Below the pieces are notes generated by a model. That model was not told the DNA's origin and made no database searches. It saw only the letters and a list, made by a program, of their open reading frames with translations. Shown piece after piece: positions 46,363-56,844 of a stretch of DNA of 64,000 nucleotides. The translations under genes were made by a program, and so were the position numbers. Each line of letters starts with the position of its first letter. The first letter of the stretch is position 1. This DNA comes from Candidatus Woesearchaeota archaeon (GTDB lineage: Archaea > Nanobdellota > Nanobdellia > Woesearchaeales > GW2011-AR9), in assembly GCA_023265685.1 (NCBI GenBank), contig JAHFSP010000002.1, forward strand, positions 5,713 through 69,712, given 5' to 3'.

Positions 46363-46617
46363 TTATTTTGCTCTGGCTTTTTCGTTGTACTCTTTTTGTT
46401 TTTGTTGATGGTAGGTACAGAAGACGATTCCGTGGATAGCTTTGTTTGAACAGCGAACGCAAAAACCTGATTTTTGTTTTTGATGATAGGTTGATTTTCG
46501 TTCTTTTTTGAGCCTTGAGGCGTTTTCATGATAGAATTTGAGGAAGCGGTTTTTGTATTCTGGCCGGGATGTTCTGGTTATGGTTGATTTTATTTTGTGG
46601 AAGAGTTTTCGTAACAT
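46363..46617 (-). CDS. small basic Zn-finger protein
   Basis: CVRC...FCTYH; AGAGGT RBS. Confidence 0.7.
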   Translation of the reverse strand: MLRKLFHKIKSTITRTSRPEYKNRFLKFYHENASRLKKERKSTYHQKQKSGFCVRCSNKAIHGIVFCTYHQQKQKEYNEKARAK

Positions 46618-46650
46618 GGTTTTACCTCTGTTGATTTTTATATGACTTTT

Positions 46651-47457
46651 TTATTTTTGGCAGGTGGAGCAATACCAGGTACCACGTCCTGCGATTTTTT
46701 TTGATTTTAATTCATGGCCTTTGGGGCAAGCCTCTTTTTGATAGACAGCGAGATATTGTGCAAAATCGCCTTTGCCATCAAGATGTTTGAAGTTGGAAAC
46801 GGTTGTGCCGTTTTTTTTGATTGCTTGTGTGAGGAGGTGGAGGAGTTCATGGTGGAGTTGGTGGAGTTTTTGTTTGGAGATGGTTTGAATCTTTTTTGTG
46901 GGGAGGATTTTGGCGTGGTAGAGGGCTTCTTGAGCATAAATGTTGCCAATGCCCGCAATACAGGCTTGGTCGAGTAATTTAGATTTGATGTTGGCTTTTG
47001 GATAGGATTTGATTTTGGTGGTGAAATCGTTTGGTGTGATGTCAAAGGGATCTGGACCAATTCTCTTGAGGAGATCTTGATATTGTTCTTTTGTTAAAGG
47101 TTCAATACGACCAAAGCGGCGAATTTCGTTGAATGTGAGTGCTGTTTTGTCGTTGAATGTGAAGAGGGCTGAGCGGTATTCATGCGAGGGGTGATTTTGT
47201 TGGTTGATTTCTTGTGGTGTGTTAAGGTAGTGAAAATGGCCAGTCATACGTAGATGGACCATGATCGTGCTTTTGTTGGTGTTGAGGAAAATGTATTTTC
47301 CTCGACGAGTGATTTGAGTTATTTTGAATGGGATGAGGGAGAGGAGTTTTTTGGAGACAACTTTTGCGTCAGTGATAGTGATGTGGGTGATGGTTTTATT
47401 GAGGATCTTGGGTCGCAGTTTTCGTACAACGGTTTCAACTTCGGGGAGTTCTGGCAT
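46651..47457 (-). CDS. mutM: formamidopyrimidine-DNA glycosylase Fpg/MutM
   Basis: MPELPEVE, RRGKY, HLRMTG, R.FG, LLDQ..IAGIGNIYA.E, GRGTWYC..CQ. Confidence 0.96.
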   Translation of the reverse strand: MPELPEVETVVRKLRPKILNKTITHITITDAKVVSKKLLSLIPFKITQITRRGKYIFLNTNKSTIMVHLRMTGHFHYLNTPQEINQQNHPSHEYRSALFTFNDKTALTFNEIRRFGRIEPLTKEQYQDLLKRIGPDPFDITPNDFTTKIKSYPKANIKSKLLDQACIAGIGNIYAQEALYHAKILPTKKIQTISKQKLHQLHHELLHLLTQAIKKNGTTVSNFKHLDGKGDFAQYLAVYQKEACPKGHELKSKKIAGRGTWYCSTCQK

Positions 47458-47465
47458 GTGGAGAC

Positions 47466-50219
47466 TCAGGGAGATTTTGGTTGATATTTTTGATATGCTT
47501 CGAAAATACGTTCGACGTAGGGGTTCACATAATTTCCTTCAGCTACGGATTGTCCATTTTGTCCTTTGAACAGGTTTCTGTTCATCATTTGTTTAACATT
47601 CTCCCACGTTACAGGTTGTCCAGCTTGTTTTACTAAGTTGACATTGGCGAAAATTTTGCCTGATCCTCGGTTATGAGAAGCAATCGTTAATTTGACACGG
47701 TCATTGGGGGTTGCTGCATCAGGAAATCTCGCAAAGCTTTGTTTGGTAAGTCTGGCCATAGCATGAATATTTCTTTCAGAATCAAAACGGTCATCATATA
47801 GTGGATCTCCTTTTATAGGGCTGCATTGATACACGCCAGGTACCCAGATGTCTTTTCCTGCCTGAGCTCTTTCATTTTTGCAATGGTATTTCCCTTCGTT
47901 GGCGTCTACAACCGTACAGCATTGATGTACATTTGGAAAAATGTCTTTAAATGAATTATCGTTCGCCGTACTGAATATGAATTGTCCTAATCCTGCTGCT
48001 CCTGCCGTACTAATTTTCCACGGATTAAACGCAGATTCTTGTGAGCCTATTGCTTTCACTAACGCAGGGGAGACTTGTTCTTCTTGCGCATACTGATTGA
48101 ACCATCGATCATACTTCTCGTTTTCGATTATTGGATACAAGCTATACGAAGAGCCACTATCTTCTTGCGTTGCGCCTGGTGCTGCGGGCGGAGGATATAA
48201 TAGATCCCATGAGACAAATCCTGTTGTTGGATCGTACACGTATTCACCACCTTTAATGTAGGGAGAGACTTTTCTCCAGGCTTGATCGATTTGTGTGAGA
48301 CGAACAGAATATGACTTAGAGATGGACTCTGGCGGACCTGAAGGATCGGCTCTTCCACTTTCCGACATGTATCCTAATTCTGGGGAGCTGTAGTCTGGAG
48401 ATATTGACTCTGGTGAAAGAGGAAATTGAGGATTTTGGTTACCTGCCAATTTTTGTAATTCATAGTATACTTTCTTAGCCCATGACTTTCCCCCATCGTT
48501 ATCGAAATGAACAGCAGAGGGTGGAATAAGATGTTCGCGATCTTCTTGTGTTAACGCTTCGGCATCTATCAATGAACATTGAGTATTGATTATTTGTTTG
48601 AGTGCTGAATTTATTTCGTCTGGGTGTACTTTAGCACTACCGGTGACGGGGGCGCCAACCCAAATACATTTTGCATTATTAGTTGTAATTTTATTGATTA
48701 AAGAGAGAATATTGGCTCTTTGACCATTGACACCTTCCGTATTTAGGAAATTGGTCCCTAATGAAATGATAACGAGTTGCGGCCTTAATGAGGAGAGTTG
48801 CGTTTCAAAGTTGAAATCTCTCATGATTAGATTACTTGGAGATTGCTTATTTATTAGAACGAGAGAACCTGCAGGATTTGGTCCGGTAGATTTGCCATTA
48901 TTATCCCTTAACTCGTTACACACTTTATAGTTAACCTTATCAAAATTACTTGCTGCTGCTCCCCCACAGGCATAGGTTTGAACTTGAGAATTTTCTGAGA
49001 TTAATCGGTGTAATTCTTTACCATATGCTCCCACCGAATGAGAATCTCCGATGAGGAGGATGGGAGAAAGAAAAGTTTGAGTTGCATCACCACATTCAAA
49101 ATCAGCTGCGTCAATGTTGCCGTCTCCGTCGTCATCAACACTGTTGTTGCAGATTTCGTTTTCTAAACAGATTTGACCTTCGGGACCAAGTTGATATTCA
49201 CATTCTAAGTCTGCACAGTCGATGAGTCCGTCGTTGTTGTCATCTTCTTGGTTATTGCATATCTCTTTCTGATTACAATATGTTTTTTCATTACATTGAA
49301 AATCATCGCAATCAACGTGACCATCTTCATTATTGTCGAGACCATCATAGCAGGTTTCAGGGATATCTTGGGAGTTAATGCTAACAGGGATAGGGCATAT
49401 TGTGACTTCAGGTCCGCGTTGTCCTGCGCAGGATTCATCTTCACAATCAACTGTTCCATCACCGTTGTTATCTATACCATCTGCACAAGGAAATGTCAAA
49501 CCAGATTGATCAATAGCACTAAATTCAGGAAGATTATTTTTTGGTTGGGGAATTGCGGCAGGTTGGCCATCAACTTCTGATTCCACAGGTTCCGCCGCAA
49601 TAGGTACTACAGCTGGAGAGCTAGCCAGAGTACATATCTTTTCCCAGCCAGTGTTATCGAAAAAAAGTTTATTATCTTTTAATTCAGGTGTGTCGGTAAG
49701 GGTAATACCTGAGAATGTTCTTCCTTTAGAATCGCCAGTAGGTAAAATACAATTAAGCTTCAGGTGAGGATCAGTATATGACGACTCCCCATTATCAACG
49801 CGAGATATAACTCTTTCAGTCGTTATAACTCCATCTTTTATGAAGAACTTGTACGTGTGGTAATTGTAATCTTCTTGGCCAATCTTACATGTCACCCGGA
49901 GATCATAGATTTTGTAAATAGATCCCTCTTCATTTAGTTTATTACGCACGAAAGATATTCCTATTACCTCACCTGATGGGCATATAAAATTTACGTTACT
50001 ATAATCTTTTTTGCCAATTGATGAGCTGGTAGAAAAAATACCGTTAGTACTTGAGCACATAAAATTTAAACCATTAACATAATTTCCTGATTCTAATGAA
50101 ACCCGTACACCTACCAGGGGCTCTCCTTCTTCACAAGATACCCTTATTTGATCATCAGCAATAACTATTGACATTAAAAACAGAATTACAATGAGTACAA
50201 TAAGGTTGGTTTTTCTCAT
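47466..50219 (-). CDS. secreted multidomain protein: beta-prism-like N-terminus, Cys/Asp-rich repeats, SGNH hydrolase, C-terminal lytic transglycosylase (SLT)
   Basis: signal peptide; C.DG.DN..DG..DC.D..C repeats; IGDSH, SLGTN, VHF; LVKAI..QES.FNP...S..GA.GLGQF, ASHNRG, YV. Confidence 0.85.
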   Translation of the reverse strand: MRKTNLIVLIVILFLMSIVIADDQIRVSCEEGEPLVGVRVSLESGNYVNGLNFMCSSTNGIFSTSSSIGKKDYSNVNFICPSGEVIGISFVRNKLNEEGSIYKIYDLRVTCKIGQEDYNYHTYKFFIKDGVITTERVISRVDNGESSYTDPHLKLNCILPTGDSKGRTFSGITLTDTPELKDNKLFFDNTGWEKICTLASSPAVVPIAAEPVESEVDGQPAAIPQPKNNLPEFSAIDQSGLTFPCADGIDNNGDGTVDCEDESCAGQRGPEVTICPIPVSINSQDIPETCYDGLDNNEDGHVDCDDFQCNEKTYCNQKEICNNQEDDNNDGLIDCADLECEYQLGPEGQICLENEICNNSVDDDGDGNIDAADFECGDATQTFLSPILLIGDSHSVGAYGKELHRLISENSQVQTYACGGAAASNFDKVNYKVCNELRDNNGKSTGPNPAGSLVLINKQSPSNLIMRDFNFETQLSSLRPQLVIISLGTNFLNTEGVNGQRANILSLINKITTNNAKCIWVGAPVTGSAKVHPDEINSALKQIINTQCSLIDAEALTQEDREHLIPPSAVHFDNDGGKSWAKKVYYELQKLAGNQNPQFPLSPESISPDYSSPELGYMSESGRADPSGPPESISKSYSVRLTQIDQAWRKVSPYIKGGEYVYDPTTGFVSWDLLYPPPAAPGATQEDSGSSYSLYPIIENEKYDRWFNQYAQEEQVSPALVKAIGSQESAFNPWKISTAGAAGLGQFIFSTANDNSFKDIFPNVHQCCTVVDANEGKYHCKNERAQAGKDIWVPGVYQCSPIKGDPLYDDRFDSERNIHAMARLTKQSFARFPDAATPNDRVKLTIASHNRGSGKIFANVNLVKQAGQPVTWENVKQMMNRNLFKGQNGQSVAEGNYVNPYVERIFEAYQKYQPKSP

Positions 50220-50770
50220 CCGACATCAAACCTCTTGATGATAGTGACTTTTTTGTTGAGGAGTGGGTTTTCAACAATGATCTCGATTTGATATTGACCG
50301 ATTTGAGGATTGTTGCCGAGGGTGAAGTAATCAGCAAAGGCAACAGCTTGAGATTCTTTAGGGGATTCTTGGTGAAATGTGTAGGAGTTCTGCTGTTCTA
50401 AGTCGAGGATGATGTTACCTTCGGGATTGATGACACGATAATTACGTGCGATCATGATCTCGCCTTGGTAGACGCTGCTTTCTACTAAGAAGCGTAGATA
50501 GATGTTGTCGTCGCGTTGGAATAATTCTGTTTTGTTGTAGCAGTTAAATTTAGTGTCGACGTAATTACAAAGATCTACTTGTCGTATTTGAAGATCGCCG
50601 GTTCTCTCTAATGGAATAAATTCTGCATTGAGTACGTTGACTTGTTGTTCTTGCGCTTGGGGTGAAAGGACATCAAAATGGATGAGGAGGAGCATGATCG
50701 CTGTGGTGAGTGCGGCGACTCCTACGATGACGATTACTTGTAGCCAGACGGAACCTTTGGAATTGATCAT
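50216..50770 (-). CDS. prepilin-like (class III signal) small surface protein
   Basis: MINSKG|SVWLQVIVIVG plus hydrophobic helix; ATGA overlaps at both ends (start moved to 50770). Confidence 0.65.
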   Translation of the reverse strand: MINSKGSVWLQVIVIVGVAALTTAIMLLLIHFDVLSPQAQEQQVNVLNAEFIPLERTGDLQIRQVDLCNYVDTKFNCYNKTELFQRDDNIYLRFLVESSVYQGEIMIARNYRVINPEGNIILDLEQQNSYTFHQESPKESQAVAFADYFTLGNNPQIGQYQIEIIVENPLLNKKVTIIKRFDVG

Positions 50771-53700
50771 GGGGAAGGGGTTGGAGTTGAAGCACATTTA
50801 GTGATAAGTTCATTACCAGATGGAATTATAAATGATGGATTCTGAATAACATTTGTTGCGATAGTACAACTTGAAGCAGTAGTAGTTGTAAGACATTTGT
50901 ATGCCCAGGTAGTATCTCCACTTATTCTTTTATCGAAACCTTGACTTGTACAATCACCTGAAGGGGGCGATGCTGGAGAAGGAGCTGTTGGGGAGGTAGA
51001 TGTATTACAAAGAACGAAAAGAGCATGATTAGCGGGGATAACGAAAACAGGGTTAGTTCTTCCTGTTTTAGTATTACACGCAGCGGCTTTATTGTCTACT
51101 TTACATTGATATATGTAATCATCATTAAGAATGCTTTTGTCATAGATTGTACTATCACATTTTCCTGCTAGTTCCCTCTTGGCACTTGCAAGAGTTCCAG
51201 CATTACAGTATAACCCTTTACCATCTGTAGTATCGCCATTAATCTTTTTATCGACTTCGCACAGATAGATAGATATTTTTTTGTAGTCAGTGGTGTCGGT
51301 GACGTCTGGGCCATACGCGGGAGCAGGTTGACCGGCGTAGTTACGTTGGCCTGCTTCTCCAAAGAAATATTTGAGCAGATTATTTAATTCTGTTTTATAG
51401 GCAGCGACATCATTCTTCTCGGTTTTGCCTTTCATGACAAAGGCAAGAGTGTCGTAATAGAGGGCGAGAGCGTTGGTCATATCATTGCCAAGCTCTTTGA
51501 AGACGCCTATGGCAATTTGATGAACGCGATTATAATTATCTTGCATGAAGACGTCATGAAGGCCGCCTACTTCAGCTACAGCAGTTGCGGTTTTTTGAAT
51601 ACGGACTTGTTGAACGTGACGATTTTTTCCGATCGCAGGGGGTTTGGCGATTTGAGTCGGAGTTGTACAGCCTCCCCCTTCATCATGTTCGTATAATTCA
51701 TAGACTACTTGGATTTCTTTACTATTAGCCTCATTCGCATACACACTTTTTTTGGCGACACGATAGGTACATTGTAATGGTTGTGTTCCTAATTCAGGAC
51801 GACCGATAGCATTAGATAGAGTGAATCCGTCGACGTTGAATGAGGCTTGGTTGGCTTGATCTACGGTTAATTCTTTGACATTGCTAAGAGCAAGGGATCC
51901 TGCGGAAACACTATAGCCTGCTTGAGTTGATTGAGGGGTGAGTGTTGCATCAGCAGGTACAGAGACAGTTACTTTGCCTGCACCGTTAGTGACAGGAGTG
52001 TAGCCAAAGAGGAATTCTGTTCCATCATGGACATCATCTGGAGTACCACTATAGGTGGGAGAGTTCGGACAGCCGTTATTACTTTGAGTTGTGCCTTTTC
52101 CTACGGTTTGAAGCAGATTTGAAACACCGCCAAACATCTCACTTCGTACGATTGCAATACTGTCTTCTTTTTTGAATGTGCCTTGGACATTATCAGGAAT
52201 AGGAAAGATTGCATCTTGGGAAACACCAGGAAGATTACGAATCGTGCGTTTAAGACACATGCCTTTGCCATTGAGAGCGAGATTGAGACGAACGCGAACA
52301 TCATCACCGAGGATAAATAGGTTAGGTGTTTGACAATTAACCCAGCGATCAGTTCTGGCGTCGTGACATTCCATGTAGGGTGATTCGATGGCTGCTTGAC
52401 CTGCACCAAATAAGTTGGAGAGTTCAGGACAATTATATCGCCCCGATACAGCATCAACACTACATGTGCCGACGAGTTCGGGAGTTGTGTCAGTGATAGG
52501 GAAATACCATACGCCTTTGCGACCTTGGGCTACTTCTTTATCAAAACATAACTCAGGGTTTTCGGCTGGATCTATTTCTACTTCAACTTTAACGTGATCG
52601 TAGCGGAAATGAGAATCGATACGTTGTGGCGTATCAATGGGTACACTAAACATACGACCGCTGGCGATACTCATGTCTGAGTGGATTATTTTCTCACGTT
52701 CGCCTGCGAATTCAGATTTGGGGTCAGCAAGTAAGCAATCACAGCCTTTGCCGTTACAAGATAAATCAACGCCATAAAATCCACGATCCTCTGGACCTAT
52801 ACATTTAAGCGAGGTTACGGCTCGGGTAATTTTACAGCCCGGCATAATGACTGCACCTATTTCGTAATTGTGAATGGCGGTTTGTCGAGCAGGATTAAAC
52901 GTACTTAACTCACGAAATGCTGGGGCAACAACAACTGAAGTGTGTGTTGGAAAAGCGTAGGCAGCATCAAGTAAAAAGTCTTTGGAGAAGAGCGGAAAAT
53001 CAAACCCAAATGCAGCCATACACATGGATTGCGCAAAACCTTGTGCACCACCCTGGAAATAGTTGTTAAGTTCGGCGTTACCATAATCTGCTTTGATATC
53101 ACTGACGCTTGATTGTAATGCATCCGTCATGCCCCGGGTCCCTTCTTTTACAATAACTCCAACATCCTCGAAGGCGCCACCTTTTCCAACGTCATCAAAG
53201 TTGGAAGGGGTACAACTATTCGAGAGCATTGACGCAATACCCTTGTAAACAAGGCCACAGACATTTTGCGTAAACCAGGTTTTACAGGCACCAGCGTCAT
53301 AGAGACCAGTATATTTAGCTTCGACTAAACAATTACGTAGACCGACGAGAATACTTTCAAGCATGACCATGTGTTTAAGAATGCCTGAGGTACACATTGT
53401 TTGAACAGACTCGATAAACCCGGCATGAGGATCAACTTTGGCAACTTTCTTTTCACCAGGCAGGTAATCTGTAACATAATCTTGACCGAAGGCTCCTGAG
53501 AGATCACGTCCACTGTAATAGCGAATCTCGGGGTAATAGGTTCCTACACGACCTTTGTTCTCTTTGTAGATACGTTCTTCACGATAGGACCATTTTTCTT
53601 CTACACCTTGTTTGAATTTGTTGGCTTCAACAGCTGTACGTAGGCTGCGATCGTCGTTGGAGTGGGTTTGTTTTGTGGGAGGAGTTCCCGTACAGACACA

Positions 53701-56700
53701 TTGATAAAATTCTGGTTCTCGGGTATCAGTATAACTTTGAATGAAACAATCTTTAGTATATCCGGCTGCATAACGGGGAGTCTCGTCCGTAGAACCTAAG
53801 ATTTTATCACTCTGATCGTAGAGTTGAGGAATTCCTTTATCATCGTTTTTTTCTTTGTAACAACCTTTACTAAAGTATCCTTTCTGTTTATCAAATTTGT
53901 ATTGGTCTGTAAATGCACCTTTGTAGGGGTCACTACATACTTCTTGACAGGTTACGTCTCTTCCAGCAATTAAGCCTTCTGAATCAGGGGGTTGATACAC
54001 TATTAGTGTGTCTTCTTGTGCTACAAGTCCACCCAATAGTTTGTTGGCAGGTCGTAAGTGAAAGATACCTCTTTTTGAATCGGCATTGAAATCAGGATTT
54101 GGATCCTTGTAATAGATGACATCACTTCCATCACCTTTCGTCCAACAGTTGCCTACATCTTTTGCATCAACAACAAGATGAGTAGCATCAGCTTTCAAAT
54201 GATCTTGACAGTTTTCTAATGGCTTGAGTGGCACACCTCGTCCGGTCACAGCACAAGAACTTTCAGCTTGAATGATTTTGGTAATGGCTTCTTCAGTCTT
54301 ATCTTCGGTCCAGCCGGCAGGAACAGCACGACAAAAAGCGCGATCACAGGTCCAGCGGTAGGCTTGATCTAGTGCAGCTTCGAATTTCCAGGCAGTTGCA
54401 GTGGAGTCGCATAGTTCATCGAGAGTGATGTCTTTTGTTTTGTCACCTTCAAGACCACCCGCATTAAATGCGTCAACAACTTTGCCTGGAAGCCAGGCCC
54501 CATATTGTGCAGGATCGGCCGTATACATTTCGTACCAATTTTCTAACGTGGAACGTAGATAGAGATTGTTTTGATTGATGGGACATTTGCCTGTTTCATC
54601 GAATGAGCCACCTTTTTGTTTTGCTTGATTCTGGGGTTTGGCAAATTCAAAATACGATTCAAGACGTGATGTTGCGACACGAATACCACGACTGACCCAG
54701 CGTCCTAAAAATGAGGCAATACAACTTACCCCGGTAATAATATAGGCAGTTTCAACATAGCCGCGTGCGGTTTGGAGCATGTCAATGGTTTTGTTGAGGG
54801 CAGCGACACCGTCGTTGGCAATGAAATCAGGAATGAGATCTTTACTTTCGAGGGGAATGTCAACAAAATAGCCAATATCTTGACACGAGGTTTGAGTTTT
54901 GGTTTGGCTCCATTGTTCTTCATTGGTATCAGGATTTTTGTTGCCACTTTTTTCTTGATATTCAATAGTTACTTTGAGAGGAAACACGATTTGACGTTTT
55001 TTAAAGTCATTCCAGAATTTGTCTTCTTTTTTACTGAATTTTGAGGCACCAATTAATGTCCACGTTGCGTAGACGGCATCGGGGCCTAAAATCGGACGAG
55101 TGGATCCCGGAAGAAGTTGACAACCGATGCCAAAGCGAGTGTCATCTTTCATGGCTTGAGTACAGGCAGGTTCAATACGTACATTGGTAATTTTGTAATT
55201 GCGATCATATTGGTTTCCAGATGCGTCAAGCGTTGGTGTACCTTGCCCGAGATAATTAAATTTGAAAACGGTTTGAATTTCCTGACGGCCGTCGTCAAGT
55301 AGAGTAGGGTTAAGACGATATGGCTGTTGAAACTTCGCCATGTTCTCAAGACCAAATGCAAGATCACCTGAGGAACAGGAATTAACATTGACGGTGCGTT
55401 GCCAACCAACACTTTTGCCGCTACTGTCTTCAGCGATGATGTAGACAAAATAGGTTACTTGTTGTTGCGCGGCAAGTTGTTCTTGAATTGGAAAAATGGA
55501 GACTTGGGCAAGTTCAGAAGGCACTTGACGCGGGGTTAATTTTTTCGTAGTGAGTTGAGAACGTAGTGATAATGAGAAGTCTACATCTTTAAAGCGAAAT
55601 GATCCATTCTGATCTGCGGTGACAACAGTCACAGCACGACTAAAGTCCGGTGTGTATTGTTGGCCTTCGGGACGGTAAATGTACAAATAGACTTTGGCAC
55701 CGCTTTCTGTTTCTCCGGAGATGGATGATTCGGCTCTGGTTTCATAATATTGATAGCCTTTTTCAATTTCAGCACGTAGGGTGGGTACTTGGATATCGGC
55801 TTTGAGGTTGAGGATTTTTTCTGTGACCCACCCAGCACGATCGGTTGCACGTATGATTAAAGCGTTTTGACCTTCTTGAAGATCAACTGACAGGGAGAAT
55901 GGTTGTGCGGCGTCAAGGTTTTCTTGTTGTTCTACAGAGCGATTATTGACGAAGACTTCGATGCTCGAATTTTCACTTAGAGACCCATTAAGAATGAGTT
56001 GTTTGTCCCCGATTAATTCTGGAACTGGAAGGAGAGTAATTTGCGGTTTGTGAGAATCAGCATAGACGATACTTGTCGTGTTGGCAGTATTGCCGAAAGA
56101 ATCAGTTGCTTGGACGAAAATGAGGTTGTCTTTTTCTTCATCGAGATGAACATTGGTTACGACGAATGTACCATCGGCAGTTTGAGGAGTTGGTCCTTTG
56201 GCTTGAGCGTTGGCGCCAAGATGCCCATTGACGAGGACTTTGATGGCAGCACCATTTTCAGCTGTGCCATTAAATGATAAGGAAGTGCCTTGGATAATTG
56301 CAGGAATGGTAAGAGTTACTGATGAGGTTGCGATGTCGGGGGCAAGAGTTTGAAATGAATAGAATGAACCTTGGGCGTCATCGATAATAGGACCGCTTTG
56401 AACTTTGAATTGATACGTGGTTTGGGGATCGAGATTAGGAAGAATGAGTTGATGTGTGGTGACGGCGTCAGCGTCTCCTTTTCGGATGAATTGAGGTTGG
56501 TTTGTGGGAGGGGTGGGATTTTGAGGTGAATTTGCAAGAGGGTTCGTCGTGTCGGTTTGTGAAGATGCCGCTGGAGCATATTCAATAAAGCTATCAGCAG
56601 GAGTATCAGTTTGCCAAGTTACCGTTGCACTGTTTTGAGTCACGTCTTGAGTGGTAACACCTGATATTTCAAGAGCAGTAACAACTGAAGTATTAATGAG

Positions 56701-56844
56701 AATTGCAAGCATACACACAGCGATAATTTTCCAGAGTAGGCCGTGTTGGGAGTTATGTTGAGAGTTAGATTGTGAGGGATCAGGCCGAGTAGTGTTATGT
56801 TGTGTGCGTTTATTTTGTGCTTTATTGGGAGTTGTTGGAATCAT
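50767..56844 (-). CDS. 2025-aa Cys-rich exported protein with N-terminal FN3/Ig-like domains
   Basis: signal/TM, ATVTWQTD..ADS..EY, L.P.T.Y.F.V, L.EG.N...I.ATD.AG; two C-terminal Cys repeats. Confidence 0.8.
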   Translation of the reverse strand: MIPTTPNKAQNKRTQHNTTRPDPSQSNSQHNSQHGLLWKIIAVCMLAILINTSVVTALEISGVTTQDVTQNSATVTWQTDTPADSFIEYAPAASSQTDTTNPLANSPQNPTPPTNQPQFIRKGDADAVTTHQLILPNLDPQTTYQFKVQSGPIIDDAQGSFYSFQTLAPDIATSSVTLTIPAIIQGTSLSFNGTAENGAAIKVLVNGHLGANAQAKGPTPQTADGTFVVTNVHLDEEKDNLIFVQATDSFGNTANTTSIVYADSHKPQITLLPVPELIGDKQLILNGSLSENSSIEVFVNNRSVEQQENLDAAQPFSLSVDLQEGQNALIIRATDRAGWVTEKILNLKADIQVPTLRAEIEKGYQYYETRAESSISGETESGAKVYLYIYRPEGQQYTPDFSRAVTVVTADQNGSFRFKDVDFSLSLRSQLTTKKLTPRQVPSELAQVSIFPIQEQLAAQQQVTYFVYIIAEDSSGKSVGWQRTVNVNSCSSGDLAFGLENMAKFQQPYRLNPTLLDDGRQEIQTVFKFNYLGQGTPTLDASGNQYDRNYKITNVRIEPACTQAMKDDTRFGIGCQLLPGSTRPILGPDAVYATWTLIGASKFSKKEDKFWNDFKKRQIVFPLKVTIEYQEKSGNKNPDTNEEQWSQTKTQTSCQDIGYFVDIPLESKDLIPDFIANDGVAALNKTIDMLQTARGYVETAYIITGVSCIASFLGRWVSRGIRVATSRLESYFEFAKPQNQAKQKGGSFDETGKCPINQNNLYLRSTLENWYEMYTADPAQYGAWLPGKVVDAFNAGGLEGDKTKDITLDELCDSTATAWKFEAALDQAYRWTCDRAFCRAVPAGWTEDKTEEAITKIIQAESSCAVTGRGVPLKPLENCQDHLKADATHLVVDAKDVGNCWTKGDGSDVIYYKDPNPDFNADSKRGIFHLRPANKLLGGLVAQEDTLIVYQPPDSEGLIAGRDVTCQEVCSDPYKGAFTDQYKFDKQKGYFSKGCYKEKNDDKGIPQLYDQSDKILGSTDETPRYAAGYTKDCFIQSYTDTREPEFYQCVCTGTPPTKQTHSNDDRSLRTAVEANKFKQGVEEKWSYREERIYKENKGRVGTYYPEIRYYSGRDLSGAFGQDYVTDYLPGEKKVAKVDPHAGFIESVQTMCTSGILKHMVMLESILVGLRNCLVEAKYTGLYDAGACKTWFTQNVCGLVYKGIASMLSNSCTPSNFDDVGKGGAFEDVGVIVKEGTRGMTDALQSSVSDIKADYGNAELNNYFQGGAQGFAQSMCMAAFGFDFPLFSKDFLLDAAYAFPTHTSVVVAPAFRELSTFNPARQTAIHNYEIGAVIMPGCKITRAVTSLKCIGPEDRGFYGVDLSCNGKGCDCLLADPKSEFAGEREKIIHSDMSIASGRMFSVPIDTPQRIDSHFRYDHVKVEVEIDPAENPELCFDKEVAQGRKGVWYFPITDTTPELVGTCSVDAVSGRYNCPELSNLFGAGQAAIESPYMECHDARTDRWVNCQTPNLFILGDDVRVRLNLALNGKGMCLKRTIRNLPGVSQDAIFPIPDNVQGTFKKEDSIAIVRSEMFGGVSNLLQTVGKGTTQSNNGCPNSPTYSGTPDDVHDGTEFLFGYTPVTNGAGKVTVSVPADATLTPQSTQAGYSVSAGSLALSNVKELTVDQANQASFNVDGFTLSNAIGRPELGTQPLQCTYRVAKKSVYANEANSKEIQVVYELYEHDEGGGCTTPTQIAKPPAIGKNRHVQQVRIQKTATAVAEVGGLHDVFMQDNYNRVHQIAIGVFKELGNDMTNALALYYDTLAFVMKGKTEKNDVAAYKTELNNLLKYFFGEAGQRNYAGQPAPAYGPDVTDTTDYKKISIYLCEVDKKINGDTTDGKGLYCNAGTLASAKRELAGKCDSTIYDKSILNDDYIYQCKVDNKAAACNTKTGRTNPVFVIPANHALFVLCNTSTSPTAPSPASPPSGDCTSQGFDKRISGDTTWAYKCLTTTTASSCTIATNVIQNPSFIIPSGNELITKCASTPTPSP

